A DNA stretch of 64,000 nt from Octopus vulgaris (GCA_951406725.2 OX597825.1:4712001-4776000); one strand, 5' to 3'; counted from the stretch's first letter, positions 40,025 through 55,035 are shown. A program made the numbers and translations. Notes: generated by a model from the sequence alone, not told the origin.

Positions 40025-40779
40025 ATGTGGCGGTTATAATAATGTAAAGACATTCTCTCTATGTTATTATTCTGCAGGGAAAGTCAAAGATGGAAGAGGT
40101 CTCCTTACAAACTGTTTCAAGGTTTGTTGCCCACTCCTCCGAAGCACATACTTTCTAGGCTAATAATGCGTGAAAATTAAGACGGCAGAAGTCTCCTTGC
40201 GGATTGCTTCAAGGTTTGTTATTTTATCTTCTGAAAAAGGCTTAGTGGTTCCTCTGTCAAAACCGTAGGTCCGCTGTTATATGAAGCTAACATAAATTAG
40301 GTTAGATTAGTAGTGGATACACTAATTTACATATTTGTGTTTTTAGCTACTCGTCATTAATTAAACACTGCATGTTTTATTCACAATACAACTTGAATTT
40401 GAAGAAATTAAATAAATTTGAATATTAGAACGCTTCAATTTATGTGTCATAAGAATACAAAGATATACTTCTTTATGCTCATGTCACAGCGAAGATATTT
40501 TCTCTAGGACATGACAGAATGAAAGCCGTTTAATGGGCCTGGTCGGCAGACGTACAACGCGGCAACGAAGTACGCAATTCAGTTTTCGACAGATCGGGAA
40601 GGGCGCTTGTTACTCGATGTCAAGCAGATACGTGCGGCTGTTCAGTGGAATTTCATCTAAATGTGAAAGGTTGGTGGCAAATTCGAAAGGAACGTGGACT
40701 GTATTGCTTGCCTCTACGACCTGCCCCAGTTCTCAAACAGAAAATCGGATTTCTGTGAAAAGCTGATTACAGCTTATTG

Positions 40780-41500
40780 AGCACAGAAAGCGACGGCTGG
40801 CAAAATGAGAAAGAAGCCGCAGGGTTTGTTTGGTACGCACTACAATGTTTATCTGCATATGCTAGCTTTGCTGGGGTTTCATGGCAGGTATCTACTGCAG
40901 CTAGCATTAGAACAAAAGAACCCCACGTCCTGCGAAACAAGGTGTATTGATCCCGTTGAAAAAGGAATTGAACAAAGAGTAGGATTGATTTTAATAACTT
41001 CAAGCTTGTATCTCTTCAACATGCGGAGTTGACGAATTTGGCCTAGGGTTTGGCAATGATATTGGCGATTGTCCCCAATACTCTTGTAGATGAGGTACAG
41101 ACATGCGCCATCCCAAACTGATCTATCCATGACAATCGCCACCGCACAGAATAGATAATAGGAAGAAAGGCTAAAGAAGCTGGCCTGGGTGGGTCCCTTG
41201 TCTGTTTTGATTAGTCGAAATCTTTCGATGGGTAACCACCAATATTTAGCGATTGTTCTCACAGCAGTTAGCTTCAGTGTTGCCACAAGACGTTGGATGG
41301 CTTGTAATGTACAACATTTGCTCGGTAGTCAGTGTAGATGGCCATTCACCGCAATCTTTCAGAATCTTGTGTTTTGCCCATCTTGGGTTCTCCTCCTCCC
41401 CACTTCTGTGTGTAGTTACTCTAGAGCACCGACTGCAGAAGTTCGAGGTTTCGAAAGCCATCGCACTTGAGCTAGGATTTGGGATAGATTGCGTCAGCGT
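40780..41500 (-). pseudogene. Gypsy/Ty3-type integrase remnant
   Basis: Ordered motifs across frames: FCSRCSR (zinc finger CxxC), RW..KDCGEWP, IKTDKGP (cf. TDQG), YHCQTLGQI (cf. YHPQTNG), LAY...SA..NPA. Confidence 0.55.
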
Positions 41501-42269
41501 ATGCGAATGATGTCACCGAAATCGTGTCGGACAACAAATATATCAAGGTGGCACTGCTTTGAAGGATTACGAAACAGTGATAGGAGCAAAGATTAACCAG
41601 TAAAAATCGATGAGCTATAATCATCATCATCACAACTTTATATAACACAATCATTAGAGTACTGTAAGGAATTATTTGTGGTATTTACTTACGCTTACTA
41701 TGGTTTGCTTTTCTGTTTAACCGTCCTGGGATGAATAAAATAAACAACCAATCAAATCCTGGCCGATGCCCCGCACTAAACCTTTCAAAATGAAAAGCAG
41801 AAATTCTCTTCTTACACTAATATTTACATACGATTATTTTTACTGCCATTTAGTTGTCCTATAATATTAACGATTGATTCTGATGTTCGTTTGTCTATCA
41901 CTGTTTGAACTTCTTGTATCTCTAACGAAGATAAATTCCATACTTAACCAGTTCATCCATGAGTGATTTTGTAAGCTTTATTCTACTTTATTTCTAGATT
42001 ATTCCTTTGTCTGTTCAATTAAGAGCTCTGCTTTAGAGGTTTCAGTAATGAACTAACAACTTTATTCTTAGCAGTATATTTTATTGAGTTATTCCAACGA
42101 AGCATAGTTCAGCGGGTTCGACTCAGTTCAACGTAATTGGTTCAGTTTAATTAACTTCTCATATATTTACCTTGGCTTTACTCACCCTGAATACAAGAAT
42201 AAGATTAGTGAGAGACCTAATCGATTATATTGATCCCAATATTTGACTGGTACCTACTTTATCGACCAC

Positions 42270-42366
42270 AAGAAGAAGAAGAAGAAGAAGAAGAAGAAGA
42301 AGAAGAAGAAGAAGAAGAAGAAGAAGAAGAAGAAGAAGAAGAAGAAGAAGAAGAAGAAGAAGAAGA
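42270..42366. repeat. (AAG)n, about 32 units
   Basis: Directly visible. Confidence 0.95.
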
Positions 42367-43565
42367 ATGCTTATGACATGGGATCCCACTCCTGGATTTT
42401 AGAATGTCTTGAGTTGGTCCAGGTGTTTGACAACATTTTGAATTTTATCAGGGGTCAATGAAGAACTGGAATCAGACTTAACACCATGGGGAGAGTTTCT
42501 GGTGAAGATTAACACCAGGGGTGACATATTTCAGGAAGATAGTCACTCACCATTGCAGATATTACAGCAGTTGACATCAGGGTACGCCTTGAAAGGTGGA
42601 GAAAAGTTGAAACACGTTCGGTCAGAGTGAGTGTAAGATAAATCGTCTGGTTTCAATAGTGCAGAGATTCAGGAAAAATATTGAAATGGAAATTGGAATT
42701 AAAATTGTAGTATTCCTATCATTAAGAAATACAGGTAAAAGTTTGTCACCTGGCGGTGTAGAACATCCCATTGGCGAAAGAATTAAGGACGTTGAAGTGG
42801 ATGGATATAAGATTAAAGAGAACGAGATGAAGGAAAACTTTAGGCGAGGATACCTCGAGAGAATCAAATTAATAATGATAGGTAAAGTCAGTGGAAAGAA
42901 CGAGATCAGGAGAATGAATGCATGGGCTGTCTCCTTAATGCGATATAACAAGGGTGTTGTTAGATGGACACAAAACGAGCTTGAGGAAAAGGATAGAAAA
43001 ACCAGGAACGTGATGACAATGAACAAGGAATTGCACCCTAAAAGCGTTGGCGATAGATTCTATGTGACTAGAGACCAAGGAAGAAGGGGTCTCGTAGGCT
43101 GCAAGATTTGTGTTACGAATGAGGAAAAGAATCTGGAATGGTACAATCTTTGTTCCTGCAAGAAATAACAACACGATACCTAGTGAAAATGTGATGCACC
43201 CGAAAGCATTTAAGAAATAAGATAGAAAAGAAAGATTAAACAAGTGGAAAATGGAAGCGATGCATGGGCAATACTTCAGAGAATTGGAAGGGAAAGAAGA
43301 AGAAACAATAACTGAACGGATGCACTGAAGCATTGATATACAGCTCCCACGGGTAACCACCTCTGGCAACTAATTACACCAAATTCCAGATTCATAAAAG
43401 TTACGAATAACCCTTTTGTAGGATGTGAGGCAGTAAAAATGAAACTGTTTCACGTATTGTGAATGAGTGTAGCAAATTGGCTCAAAAAGAATATAACAGG
43501 AAGTATGCTAACGTAGCTGAGTATATACGCCATTGGAGATTGTGTGAGGAATACCGTCTTGAAAG
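42367..43565 (+). mobile_element. R4/Dong-clade non-LTR retrotransposon fragment (RT to CCHC region)
   Basis: AYDMGSHSWILECL, IFQEDSHSP, MNAWAVSLMRY..VVRW..ELEEKDRKTR..LHPKSVGDRFYV..GRRGL, MHGQYFR, CRM..ETVSRIVNECSKLAQKEY. Confidence 0.9.
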
Positions 43566-44100
43566 GGAATGTTACTTATAAAACATTTTCTGGGAATGTT
43601 ACTTACAAAAGCCTGGCTTACGATCCGAAGAGTAGATTCCTATTTCATCCGGATTCACGAAACTTTTCTTCTATGATGTTTACATATTTTGATGTTATCT
43701 CTGAACTCTTCTCTTATACTGTCAAGTTAACATGGCTCGTGGTTCATTAACTTGTTTACTCATAGACCGGTGTATATACATGCATATACATACATACATA
43801 CATACATACATAGATACATACACACATGCATATATATATATATATATAAATGTGTGTGTGTGGGGGTATGTATACACATACATATGCACAAATGTTTACA
43901 GCTATATATATGTGTGTGTATGCATATGTGTATACACATACGCAAATATTTACATCTGTTTGTGTGTGTGGTCTGTCTATATGTGTGTAAGTGTGTGTAT
44001 GTATGTCTGCATACGTATTTATATATTTATACATACATACACACACATATACATAAATGTATACACACATAGATACACATATATACACACATATACACAT

Positions 44101-44199
<99 letters not shown>

Positions 44200-44262
44200 C
44201 ACACGCACACACACACATATATATACATATATATATATGTATATATATATATGTATATATAC

Positions 44263-44297
<35 letters not shown>

Positions 44298-44799
44298 TGT
44301 ATGTGTATGTGTGTTTATTGCTTTATTTTCTCTGTGTATTGAATGCCAACTGTTTGTTTAGTTCTTAAAAGCCTTAAAGGTTTTGATACCGTTTTTAATA
44401 CTTCGTAGATCTTTAATACTTTGTCGATCTCTTGTTTAAGCTTTTGATTGTATGTTTACAGTAGAAACAGATTTCTCCGGAGATGATTGCAACAGTAAAA
44501 TAAAGAATGGAGTTCATCTTCTTTTGTTTTTATTCCGATCGGGATTTCACTTGTTTTGTGGTAGCGACTCTATTATGGTGCTTCATTATTCTTTAATATA
44601 TTTTCTATTTGGGGAAGATTATTTTTCTCTTCCGCTGGGATGTGATATAGAATGACACGACTCCGTTTATTGTTCGTTCTTTTCTTCTGCTTAGATGGAA
44701 CATTATAAAAGATTCAGTTCTGTTTGGAAATATGGTTACATGTTGTGGGCAATAACATCAGATCGTAAATAAGCCCTTCGCTTCTGTTGCGGACATGAT

Positions 44800-44884
44800 A
44801 ATGATGATGTGATGATGATGATGATGATGACGACGCCGAGGGTGGTAGTGGTGGTGATGATGATAATCATGATCATGATGTAAC

Positions 44885-44968
<84 letters not shown>

Positions 44969-44982
44969 CAATAACAATAATG
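44800..44982. repeat. (GAT)n/(AAT)n tract, probable tail of the adjacent minus-strand LINE
   Basis: Directly visible; abuts TTTCTTTTATTTGCCACCAGGG. Confidence 0.85.
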
Positions 44983-45930
<948 letters not shown>

Positions 45931-45977
45931 CTCGCTAGTGTTAAAGTGTAAAGCATTCCCCAGAAGTCTTTTCTAGA

Positions 45978-46865
45978 TGCAAACGGACAGTTTGCCTATA
46001 AAACGAGGAGCAATTGCAAAAAATAATAATAATAATAATTTGTCGATGGCCTGGATGGATTTCAAAGAATCCTACGATATGGTAAAACATTCATGAATGC
46101 TGGAGTCCCTGAACATGTTTAAGATGACTTAGAATGCAGAAAGCTAATGAGAGCATGTAAAATGGCGAACTATTCTGTTTTCCAACGGTCGAGAGCTTGG
46201 CGGTCTTCTCATGAAGTGTGGAATCTTTCAATGTGATTCTTCTCTCTTGATTTTGACATTCTTCTGATTGCCATGAACATGGCTCTTCAGATGCCAGGTG
46301 TGGGTTGCCAATCGGAAAAAAACGGGACTGGAATGTAATTGTTTGCATTATATGGATGACCTTAAATTATTTTCAAAATGAGGAAAAGCGATCATCTCCT
46401 TTGTGCAAACTGTTTATGTAGTGAATGCAAACATACGAATGGAGATGGGCATCACAAAATGTACTACAGTTACATCGCGCAGGGGGAAACACGAGAATAC
46501 CAGTTAAGTAGTATCGCCCCATGGGAGATAGAATGACGGGTTTGGAGGAAGCGGGATAAAAGTATCTGGGGATACTGGCTTTATACGTTATAACATCTTC
46601 AATGATGAGAACAAAAGACCTAAGTTGATAGACTGAGTATGGATCTGAAGAGTAAGCACAATTCTCAAAACTTTGTTTTGTCGCCACCAACATCCGGTCT
46701 GTAGCTGCTGTTCACTTCTTCTGGACGGATGTTAGAGGAACATTGATGAAAAGGACCGAGACATATGGAAATTGTGATAGATATCCAAACGACTCCACCC
46801 GAAAACAAATGCAATACCTTTGTACATGGAGTGAAAACACGGTGACAGGGGCCTCGTTTGTGTAT
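45978..46865 (+). mobile_element. R4/Dong-clade RT fragment, decayed
   Basis: NLSMAWMDFKESYDMVKHS*MLESL, GIFQCDS, NCLHYMDDLKLF, KYLGIL. Confidence 0.85.
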
Positions 46866-46938
46866 TCGTGTGTATGTTTGCATATGAATTTTGGATTTTT
46901 ATCTGGTAAACTGCGATGAGATCTTGATTCAATATATT

Positions 46939-47527
46939 CTTTTCTTTTCTACTCTAGGCACAAGGCCCGAAATTTTGGTGGAGTGAGCCAGTCGATTCGA
47001 TCGACTCCAGTATGTAACTGGTACTTAATTTATAGATCCCGAAAGGATGAAAGGTAAAATCATCCTCGGCTGAATTTGAACTGAGAACATAAGGAAAGAT
47101 GAAATACCTATTTCTTTACTACCCACAAGGGGCTAAACACAGAGGGGACAAACAAGCACAGACAAACGGATTAAGTCGATTAAATAGACCCCCAGTGCGT
47201 AACTGGTACTTAATTTATCGACCCCGAAAGGATGAAAGGTAAAGCCGACCTAGGCGGAATTTGAACTCAGAACGTAACGGCAGACGAAATACCTATTTCT
47301 TTACTACCCACAAGGGGCTAAACACAGAGGGGACAAACAAGCACAGACAAACGGATTAAGTCGATTAAATAGACCCCCAGTGCGTAACTGGTACTTAATT
47401 TATCGACCCCGAAAGGATGAAAGGTAAAGCCGACCTAGGCGGAATTTGAACTCAGAACGTAACGGCAGACGAAATACCGTTAAGCATTTCGCCCGGCGTG
47501 CTAACGTTTCTGCCAGCTGGCCGCCTT
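46939..47527 (-). mobile_element. Compound three-unit SINE family 1 with 15-bp TSD
   Basis: Two apparently identical 185-bp units (47101-47285, 47286-47470); TTGATTCAATATATT at 46924-46938 and 47531-47545. Confidence 0.92.
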
Positions 47528-47623
47528 AGTTTGATTCAATATATTACTGATTGAATGGGTTAGACTTACAATGAGAGTTTTTAAATGGGAAAGTGAGAAT
47601 GTGAAAACTGATGTTTCATATAT

Positions 47624-47751
47624 AGGCGCAGGAGTAGCTGTGTGATAAGTAGCTTCATTACCAACTACATGGTTCCAGGTTCAGTCCCACTGCGTGGCGC
47701 CTTCTTCGAATGTCTTGAACTACAGCCTCGAGCCGACCAAAGCCTGTCGAG

Positions 47752-47806
<55 letters not shown>

Positions 47807-48077
47807 GTGTGTGTGTGTGTGTGTGTGTAAATGTGTGTGTGTGTGTGCCTGTGTGTGTATGTGTGTATGTATTATGTATGTATATGTTTGTGTTTCTGTC
47901 TTTGTCTTCGATGTTAGTGTCTTTACGTCCTCGTAACATAGCGGTTTGGCAAAAGAGACCGATAGAGTAAGTACTAGGCTTACTAAGAATAAGTCCTGGG
48001 GTCGATTTGGTCGACTAAAGGCGGTGCTCCAGCATGGTCGCAGTCAAATGATTGAAGCAAATACAAGAATAAAAGAA
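47624..48077 (+). mobile_element. SINE family 2, full length with internal (TA/TG)n
   Basis: AGGCGCAGGAGTAGCTGTGTG head, GGTTCAGTCCCAC B box, tail GGCGGTGCTCCAGCATGG..AAGAATAAAAGAAT. Confidence 0.88.
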
Positions 48078-48079
48078 TA

Positions 48080-48381
48080 CACAGACACGACAGAAGTTAA
48101 TAGACATCTTTATGATCGCTAAAATTTATTTAAATTTGAAATTATACATTCAAATTACTTATTAATTTTTATAATGTGAATATCTAATATTTAGCAGATA
48201 CGCCCTTTGCATTTTTCTGTACAAGGACCTTTTTAGGCATACTGCTGATCAGATGATGAATATTCTCTTGAGGAATTTCATGCCATGTTCCATGCAATAA
48301 TCTCAAGAAATTTGGATTTGAGGATGCATTCCAGTTCTTTTTGAGAAGTGACCTGTCCATTATGCCCCAGAGGTGTCCAAT
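48080..48381 (-). mobile_element. Tc1-family transposon 3' end (transposase C-terminus + TIR)
   Basis: [39 protein letters not shown]; terminus TA|CACAGACACGACAGAAGTTAATAGACA. Confidence 0.8.
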
Positions 48382-48382
48382 T

Positions 48383-48464
<82 letters not shown>

Positions 48465-48537
48465 TATATATACATACATACATATATACATATATACATA
48501 CATACACTCATATATAAAGGTACCTGTCGTGTGTATG

Positions 48538-48587
<50 letters not shown>

Positions 48588-48719
48588 AGTGTTTATATGC
48601 GCGGGCGCTCATGTGTGTGTGAATAGATAAATAGGTAGATAGATAGAGGGATAACAGACAGACAGACAGACAGGCAGGCAGGCAGACAGGCAGACAGACA
48701 GACAGACAGATAGACAGAC

Positions 48720-48782
<63 letters not shown>

Positions 48783-49504
48783 CACGCACACACGCACTTA
48801 CACACACGCATGCATATCCCTTTGTAGCGTTCATGATCGCGCTAAAAGCATTAAGAATTTATTAGAGTTACTTCCCTTACATCTAGTAGAAATAGCCTTC
48901 AATTCGGTTGAAAAGACGGCAGTCGTTACGTACTTTCAGTAACTTAACAGAGAAATTGTAATAATTACGTTTTCTATAACGGCAAACTATTTAAAACTTA
49001 TCTGTTCAGAAGCGAACTTATTTTAGCGATACATCACGTATATTTGTGTGCTTCCTGTTCCAGTTAGAAATCATAGAATGCAGCTTTTGCCTTCGCTTCC
49101 AGGTGATAGAAAGACAGCTAAGCATCCAATTTCGTTATCACCTTTGGCTTTTTATTATTTTTTCTTTTGTTGTTTTTTTTTGTCTTATCACTGATCGGCT
49201 GAACATACATTTAAAAAGCAGGGGCATATTGAACAAAACAGTCGCTGGATATATAAGAACTGGGATGTTTATGCCTGGAACACATGTCAATATCCCGTTT
49301 AGGAAGATTTAAACCAAGATATGCAATGCACGAAATGATGGTTAGGACGCCTTTGATCATAGGATTCCTCAGCGACAACAGAGAGAGCCTTTAGCTAGCT
49401 AAATAACAACAACAACCATTTCTTCTTACTTTAACTGGAATATTCCTACATCATTTACATTCTCTCTCACATACACAAACATACACACATACACACATAC
49501 ATAC

Positions 49505-49621
<117 letters not shown>

Positions 49622-49639
49622 GAAATATATACGCATATA

Positions 49640-49710
<71 letters not shown>

Positions 49711-49711
<1 letters not shown>

Positions 49712-50118
49712 TCTTTTACTCTTTCACTTGTTTCAGTCATTTGACTGTGGCTATGCTGGAGCACCGCCTTTAATCGAGCAAATCGACCCTAGGTCTTATT
49801 CTTTTGTAAGCCCAGTACTTAGTCTATCGGTCTCTTTTGCCGAACCGCTAAGTAACGGGGACATAAACACACCAGCATCGGTTGTCAAGCAATGCTAGGG
49901 GGACAAACACAGACACACAAACACACACATACATATATTTATATACATATATACGACGGGCTTCTTTTCAGTTTCCGTTTACCAAATCCACTCACAAGGC
50001 TTTGGTCGGCCCGAGGCTATAGTAGAAGACACTTACCCAAGGTGCCACGCAGTGGGACTGAACCCGGAACCATGTGGTTGGTAAACAGGCTACTTACCAC
50101 ACAGCCACTCCTGCGCCT
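49711..50118 (-). mobile_element. SINE family 2, full length, well preserved
   Basis: All modules present; the first about 19 nt of the head are duplicated at 50121-50139. Confidence 0.92.
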
Positions 50119-50151
50119 ATACACAGCCACTCCAGCGCCTATATATATATA

Positions 50152-50711
50152 TGTCACCAGTAATGGTCGTTCTGAGCTGATCGAATGTGTAGGAACCATA
50201 AACTCTGAAGAATATATCGAAGTACTTAAACATGGGCTACTTCCGATGTATTCACACGATAACATAACGAAAAATGAGATCTTTTTTCATGTAAGATGGG
50301 AGTCCATGCCACACAGCGCCAAGGAATCAACAATCATTGACTAAAAATGGGATCAAATTACTTCCTTAGCCGAGCCAATCTCCTGACATGAACCCAATTG
50401 AAAATCTTTGGAGTATACTAGTTAGAGATTTAGAGCTATACGAAAAACTCGACAGAAACCTAAATTTAAAGATGAATTTTTTCGTTTCGATTGTTGCGTG
50501 GAAAGTGGGCAGAAATTCCATAGGAGTCAATCACAAAGCTCATCAGTTCAATGCCAAAAAGAGTTTCTGAATTAAAAACTGCAGAGGGAATGTCAACTAA
50601 ATACCAAAGTATGTAGTCCTACCTATCGATTACATTTCAATTGTTAGCTTTGCGTATTAAATAAAAGATTTTGAAAATTAAAGGTGTCTATTTACTTCCT
50701 GCATGTCTGTG
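50152..50711 (+). mobile_element. Tc1-family transposon 3' half (DDE domain + TIR)
   Basis: VTSNGRSELIECVGTINSEEYIEVL..DGSPCHTA..P*PSQSPDMNPIENLW..LISSMPKRV..GMSTKY; ends TGTCTATTTACTTCCTGCATGTCTGTG. Confidence 0.88.
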
Positions 50712-50724
50712 TGTGTATATATAC

Positions 50725-50759
<35 letters not shown>

Positions 50760-50821
50760 TGTATGTATGTATGTATGTATGTATGTATGTATGTATGTAT
50801 CTATGTATGTTTGTAGTTATC

Positions 50822-50855
<34 letters not shown>

Positions 50856-51289
50856 TATATGTACGAAACTCAAACTTTCCTCTCCTCAACTACAGGCACT
50901 TCGGAACTCGCCTTTTTCTTATGAGATACTTCCAAAGCTGTATCTACGTAAATAAGACACACATCATTGCCTCGATCTATGCTGCTCTGATATTTGAATT
51001 CATAGATAGCTTCCTTGTTGGTATTTATTGTTGACTATACTGTGGTATCAACAGCAAATATGTCGGTGAACAACCAACTACCTTATTCTAAGCAATCGAC
51101 TTATGAATATCAGATGCAAAAATCTTCATTTTTGTGGGAAATTTGGAGGAGCAAGGCACGTCTAGCAAATATTCAGATTCGTAATAATTCAAAGTGTAGA
51201 GTAAGAGACTGACAGACTGGTTTGGGGGTCGAGGAGAAAATATTTTGTGGCATTTACTTCAATTCTTTACACTACCAGCTTTGCATTTC

Positions 51290-52005
51290 ATACCTTCATA
51301 ATCGATATAATTGAATATGAGTTAAGTATAGGGGGATGGGGTGATGTTATTATCCACCTCCCACTCTTCAAAATGTTTGCCCTTGTGCCTAAATTAAAAG
51401 TAGTAATGGCGGAACTCTGCGCACGCGTCATTTTGTCCATCTTTATATTCTGAATTCCGCCGAACTTGACTCTGCCTTTCATCATTTTGAGATCGATAAA
51501 ATATGTACCAGTTAAACACTGGAATCGATATAATCCCCACTCCCAGAATTGCTGGCTTTATACCAATATTTAAAACCAATACTAATTCGGAGGTGTGATG
51601 TAAATTGCTTGAAGAAGAAATAACAGATGCAGATTCCTTATTAATACTAAACAAATCAAACTAAAGTTCTTTGTTTTAAATTCACTTAAGATCACAGATA
51701 AAATCTGTTAATTCTGATGAAAATCTATGCAGAAAAGCGAGCCTATCTATTTATTCAACTGTCCGAGGCACTCTTGATTCTCCTGAGTCGACGCTTCCTT
51801 TCAAATTTTGACACAAGGCCAGCAATTTTAGAGGGAGATGCTTAATCAAGTACATTGACACTTCTACTTCATTTGTACTTTGATTTATCAACCCCAGAAG
51901 GATGGAAAGTGAAGAAGACTTGGGCGGGATTTGAACTCAGGATGTAAGTAACAGCAACAAATATAACAAAACATTTTATGAGGCGCGCTAACATTTCTGC
52001 TATGT
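51290..52005. mobile_element. Degenerate family 1 SINEs: + copies at about 51290-51575, - copy at about 51800-52005
   Basis: Core and tail motifs in opposite orientations. Confidence 0.65.
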
Positions 52006-52562
52006 TGCAACATTGTTCATATCGCATGACGCCAAACAATTATTCCAGAAGGAAGATTTTTTAATCTAAGGGAAATAACTCATGAATTTATTACAAAGAA
52101 AACGAGAAACAATGATATTATTTCTGTATTTTATAAAATACAGAAATAATATCTAATATTATCATCTTGGATATTTTATGAAATCGAATTTAGGCTTTTC
52201 TTTTATGTAATTGTAAGCAGGTCATTTTAGTCAAGAACTTATAAATAAAATGCATCAAAGTTCACGTAAATATAATTGTAGAATATGGAAAGGTAGGAAA
52301 TTGCAAGGGAGGCTACTCTTCATTAATTCCTTTTTTGTTCTTCCTTTATGTACGAAACTACGGCTTCGAATGTTTATTAACACAACTTGAAAAAAAAGAG
52401 ATTTATTCATGAAACAAATCGGATGAACGAATAGTCTGTTCATTATTCACATTATTTACATTGTTTACATTTGACGGATATTTGTCCTCATCTTGTAAAT
52501 AATGTAAATAATGTAAATAATGTACATAATTCCTCATCTTTTGTTATTAAATGCGAAATATA

Positions 52563-52715
52563 CTCTTTTACTCTTTTACTTGTTTCAGTCATTTGACTGC
52601 GGCCATGCTGGAGCACCGCCTTTAGTCGAGCAAATCGACTCCAGGACTTATTCTTTGTAAGCCTAGTACTTATTCTATCGGTTTCTTTTGCCGAACCGCT
52701 AAGTTACGGGGACGT

Positions 52716-52814
<99 letters not shown>

Positions 52815-52973
52815 CATACGACTGGCTTCTTTCAGTTTCCGTCTACCAAATCCCCTCACAAGGCTTTGGTTGGCCCGAGGCTATAGTAGAAGACACTTGC
52901 CCAAGGTGCCACGCAGTGGGACCTAACCTGGAACCATATAGTTGGTAAGCAAGCTACTTACCACACAGCCACT
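52563..52973 (-). mobile_element. SINE family 2
   Basis: Colinear with 49711-50118. Confidence 0.9.
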
Positions 52974-53399
52974 GTATGGTAAGTGAATTGTTGGAATGCA
53001 AAACTATACAGTAACAATTGATTTTTGTATTTCCAAACGACTTTCTAACACCTAATGTCTTCAGAATTCTCTTAAATAACTTTGAAGACCTTATGGTGGT
53101 CGATCAGCGAAGATCGTTACGTCATCGGACAAACCGCTTGCGATAATGAATAAGAGCCAAGCTCTTTGCAAAATATTGTCTTTTAATTTCATCAAATCAA
53201 GATTAAAAATTAGGGATGTGGATAAAACATGGTGTTCGGCCACGAAGATTCCTCTATCTACTTAGATTTTAAAATGCAAAAATATTGATTAAAATATTGT
53301 TACTAAAAATTCAGTATTTTTTAGCAATATTATAATATTTATAACGTTGTTAATTAACATTAAATAACAATAATATAGTATTTAATATAATGTTGTCGG

Positions 53400-53565
53400 T
53401 AAATTTTGTGGGATTACGTTGACCCCCAGCATTTACCTCGTACTTATTTTATCCAACTCGAAAAGATGAAACGCATTGTCGACCTCGACAGAATTTGAAC
53501 TCACAACATAAAATACTGCTAGTCATTTTGTCTGCTGTGCTAATAATTCTGCCACCTCGCCGGCT
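53400..53565 (-). mobile_element. SINE family 1, degenerate
   Basis: GTCGACCTCGACAGAATTTGAACTCA, TTCTGCCACCTCGCC. Confidence 0.7.
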
Positions 53566-53690
53566 GAATATTAAATTTAATCAGATGCTGCAGACAAACA
53601 GTTAACATTTATTGACAATGTTGTAATGATACAGAAGGTTGTTTAGAGGCATAAATATATATATATAATCCATAGCATTTTTGCAAGCAG

Positions 53691-53970
53691 TTTATAATAT
53701 CCATAAAAATAATATATCTCGAAGCACGAAATGCCATAAACCATAATACGTAAATATTGGATAGTAAATATTGGATAGAAAAGGTCGAAGGCTAGTCGTG
53801 GGACTCGAACACACACCTCCTGTAGACATGAAAAGCGTACTGCACCGGAGAGTCTTCAACATTTTTCTATCCAAAGAGGATTCTGAACCCAATGCTATTA
53901 TTTGTAGCTTTATGTGCTTCGAGATCCAATTCCAAAACGGAATATTTTCATGTTTTTAGGAAGTTTATAA
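53691..53970. mobile_element. Degenerate palindromic MITE-like element
   Basis: ATCTCGAAGCAC (53716-53727)/GTGCTTCGAGAT (53914-53925); TTGGATAGAAAA/TTTTCTATCCAA; weaker outer arms. Confidence 0.65.
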
Positions 53971-54030
53971 AATTCTCATAACGTCAGTAATTATATTTTT
54001 TATGTCCCTTGCTTATTTCCTTGCCGCTTC

Positions 54031-54106
<76 letters not shown>

Positions 54107-54189
54107 TGTTCTTCGGCCATTGCGTTTACGTCTCTGTAGTGTTAGAATAATTTCCGTTCCCATGTCCTGCTACGCCAAGTTTCCTCATA

Positions 54190-54570
54190 TTATTTATATT
54201 ATCAGGGGTCTGTAATGGGAATACATCCTGACCCAATTAAAGTTGGGGTTTTTTTTCTACTTTTTACTGTATGAAATAATGTGTCCCTTAATATCTAAAA
54301 AGGTCATTTTATATTCAAGTAATATCGGGACTAGAGTCATATCGTATTTCAACGCGGAATCTACAGCCCTACACCCTGAGATCATATGGCCCCTCAACTT
54401 GAATATATTTTAAGAAAGACTATCTAATATTTTAAATCGTCACTTCATTTCACGCAACCGATTGGGTAAAATCTGAAAGCTGGATGGATATGTATACCTG
54501 GGATAAATATGTAATGCAACTGATTAAAAATTAATCAAATAAATGCACGTAACAGCTACATCAAGTGACA
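54190..54570 (+). pseudogene. Highly decayed RTE-like RT remnant
   Basis: Ordered motifs SGVCNGNTS*P (cf. GVRQGDTLSP), ILYSSNI (cf. LxYADDI), KLDGYVYLG. Confidence 0.45.
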
Positions 54571-54736
54571 CGAGGCACTTATCCAGCAGAAACCTGTGTC
54601 GTATTGGACTTTAATGGGAATAATACTGCAATATTTTACTCTGTGATGTTTTAATTATATGTGTGTATGTGTGTGAGTGTGTGGTGTGTGTATGTGTATG
54701 TATGTATGCATGTATGTATGTATGCATGTATGTATT

Positions 54737-54772
<36 letters not shown>

Positions 54773-54964
54773 AGCAAATGATATGTAGTCTATATATATA
54801 TACTATATAAACATATATGTGTGTGTGTGTACGCGCGTACGTATGTATACATGCATGTATGTATATATGTATGTATGTATGTATGTACGTATATATATTT
54901 TTTTTTTCTCCTGAATTATTTGCTCTCTCCCCCTCTCTCTCTATATATATTATATATATATGTA

Positions 54965-55035
<71 letters not shown>

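Noticed and set aside
47594-47613. Resemblance to bantam miRNA 3' part (TGTGAAAACTGAT)
   Set aside because: Seed differs and no precursor hairpin is evident.
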